A stretch of 64,000 bases of DNA from Thalia democratica (taxonomy: Eukaryota): the NCBI GenBank assembly GCA_965202585.1, contig OZ241830.1, positions 60,698,001 through 60,762,000 of the forward strand, read 5' to 3'. Under the pieces are notes generated by a model, which did not search any database, was not told the origin of the DNA, and saw nothing but the letters and a program-made list of their open reading frames with translations. A program made the position numbers and the translations under genes. Below are positions 62,570 through 64,000 of the stretch, one piece after another. Positions within the stretch are counted from its first letter, which is position 1, and every line of letters starts with the position of its first letter.

Positions 62570-63470
62570 TCAAGCTACCAACCCTACAATAAACCAAACT
62601 CACCAATTTTATACGTAAACAACAACTCCAATCACCCGACAAGTACTAAACAACTATCCAAAAGAATAAACAGAAGACTAATAAAACTATCTAACAATGA
62701 AGAATCTTTTAACAATGTAAAAAGTGAATACCTAAAAGCATTCGATTTAGACAATTTTAATGATATTTTAAAATAAGATAACACCATTCTTTCAAAAAGA
62801 GAAAAAAATATATATAACACTTTTCAACTCAACGTTTAGTCAAATGTACGTTCTAAAATAGGCATACAATTTTTAAATCTAATTACCACATCCTTTGATG
62901 AAAGCCATCCATATAATAAAATATTTAACCACAACACAATTAAAATATCATAAAGTTGTACAAATAATTATATAAGCAAAATAAAAGCACACAACAATAG
63001 AATATTAAACAAAAACAATATAAACCATAAGAGCAAAACAAAATATAAACTTTGTAGTTGCTGCAAAGAACCTTGCCCTTTAAACAACTAATGCCTAGTT
63101 TTTAACATAATATATAGAGCAACAATAACATCCAATAAACCAACCAAATAGTACTTAGGATATACAGGATGTAGTTTTAAACAAGGATATAGGAATCACA
63201 AATCTTCATTCAACAACATTAACAAAAGACATACAAAGAACTGGCAAACTACATTTGGAATTTAAAAGATAGCAATACAGACTACAAAATTAAATGGGAA
63301 GTACTAAACATGACAATATCAAAATTCAATAATACATTCGGCTGCAAACTTTGCAACTTAGAAAAAAACGAAATTGATAAATCAGACAAGAACATAACAC
63401 TAAACAAGAAAAGCAAAAGACAGAGTATATGCATTTATTACCAAAATATTTTTTTATCAAAATTAAAACT
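62570..63470 (+). mobile_element. Decayed Penelope-like retroelement fragment (RT C-terminus plus GIY-YIG endonuclease)
   Basis: Fragments YQPYNKPNSPILYVNNNSNHP, IGIQFLNLITTSF...HPYNKIFNHNTIKIS*SC, CPLNN*CLVFNIIYRATI...YLGYTGCSFKQGYRNHKSSF; several stops and frameshifts. Confidence 0.85.
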
Positions 63471-64000
63471 AACTAAATACTAAATCAAAGTAAAATTAAG
63501 CCGCAAACACAAACAGTTTAAAACACTTTTTTAATACAGTTTAAAAAATTTTCTAAAACAACCTTTCCTTACTTTTCAAAATACATAAATTTTTAAACTA
63601 ACAAGATCAGCGTATTTTCCTAACTTAACTTGCTGTACAAAAATATATATATATAAAATGAGGTTACTATTCAAACTTGAACACCTTCTACAGAGCCCAC
63701 TTGAAGGGCTTTTAAATAATTTATTGGAAAAGTATAATTTTAAAACTACTGGTACATATGTTCTGGTACATTATATATATATATATACATATATATAAAA
63801 GTTTATTACAAGATGTCAAGATGTAAAAACTTGCAGAACTGGAGTTTTGTGCCTACGCACTCCTCAACTGCAAAACAAGATCAAAATAAAGCACAAAACA
63901 CTCAAATAAAAGTTTAAAATTTAAGCATAAATACACTATGACTTAATTTTGAAACTATCAAAATTCATGCAAAACGGCTTAGGTAAAAATAAACTTAACA

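Noticed and set aside
1-64000. CRISPR arrays, rRNA genes, prokaryotic operons
   Set aside because: No regularly spaced repeat-spacer units or rRNA-like sequence; the architecture is spliceosomal.

Overview
AT-rich, intron-rich eukaryotic (animal-like) genomic DNA; the organism cannot be named from the sequence. (1) 1-13447 (+): IFT140, 30 coding exons in the window, 5' end upstream of it. (2) 15.6-35.6 kb: a 20-kb transposon-rich block holding two ~600-bp direct repeats with tRNA-like SINE heads, one intact orphan CUB-domain terminal exon, a decayed repeated ORF module, two stable GC hairpins, a hAT element with 8-bp TSD and LINE debris. (3) 35822-42113 (+): a second copy of only the 3' half of IFT140. 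It has 15 exons, all splice sites and the reading frame intact, and its first retained exon starts with ATG at the propeller/TPR boundary. (4) 61090-45258 (-): a complete 25-exon WASHC4 (SWIP), tail-to-tail with the IFT140 copy. (5) 62.6-63.5 kb: a dead Penelope-like retroelement. Best leads: the conserved half-gene duplicate of IFT140, very large exon-to-exon swings in third-position GC, and intronic 'ghost' copies of exon ends that differ only at synonymous positions, one forming a candidate 24-nt microexon. Exons were assembled and translated by hand. Homology calls rest on remembered protein motifs, not database searches.
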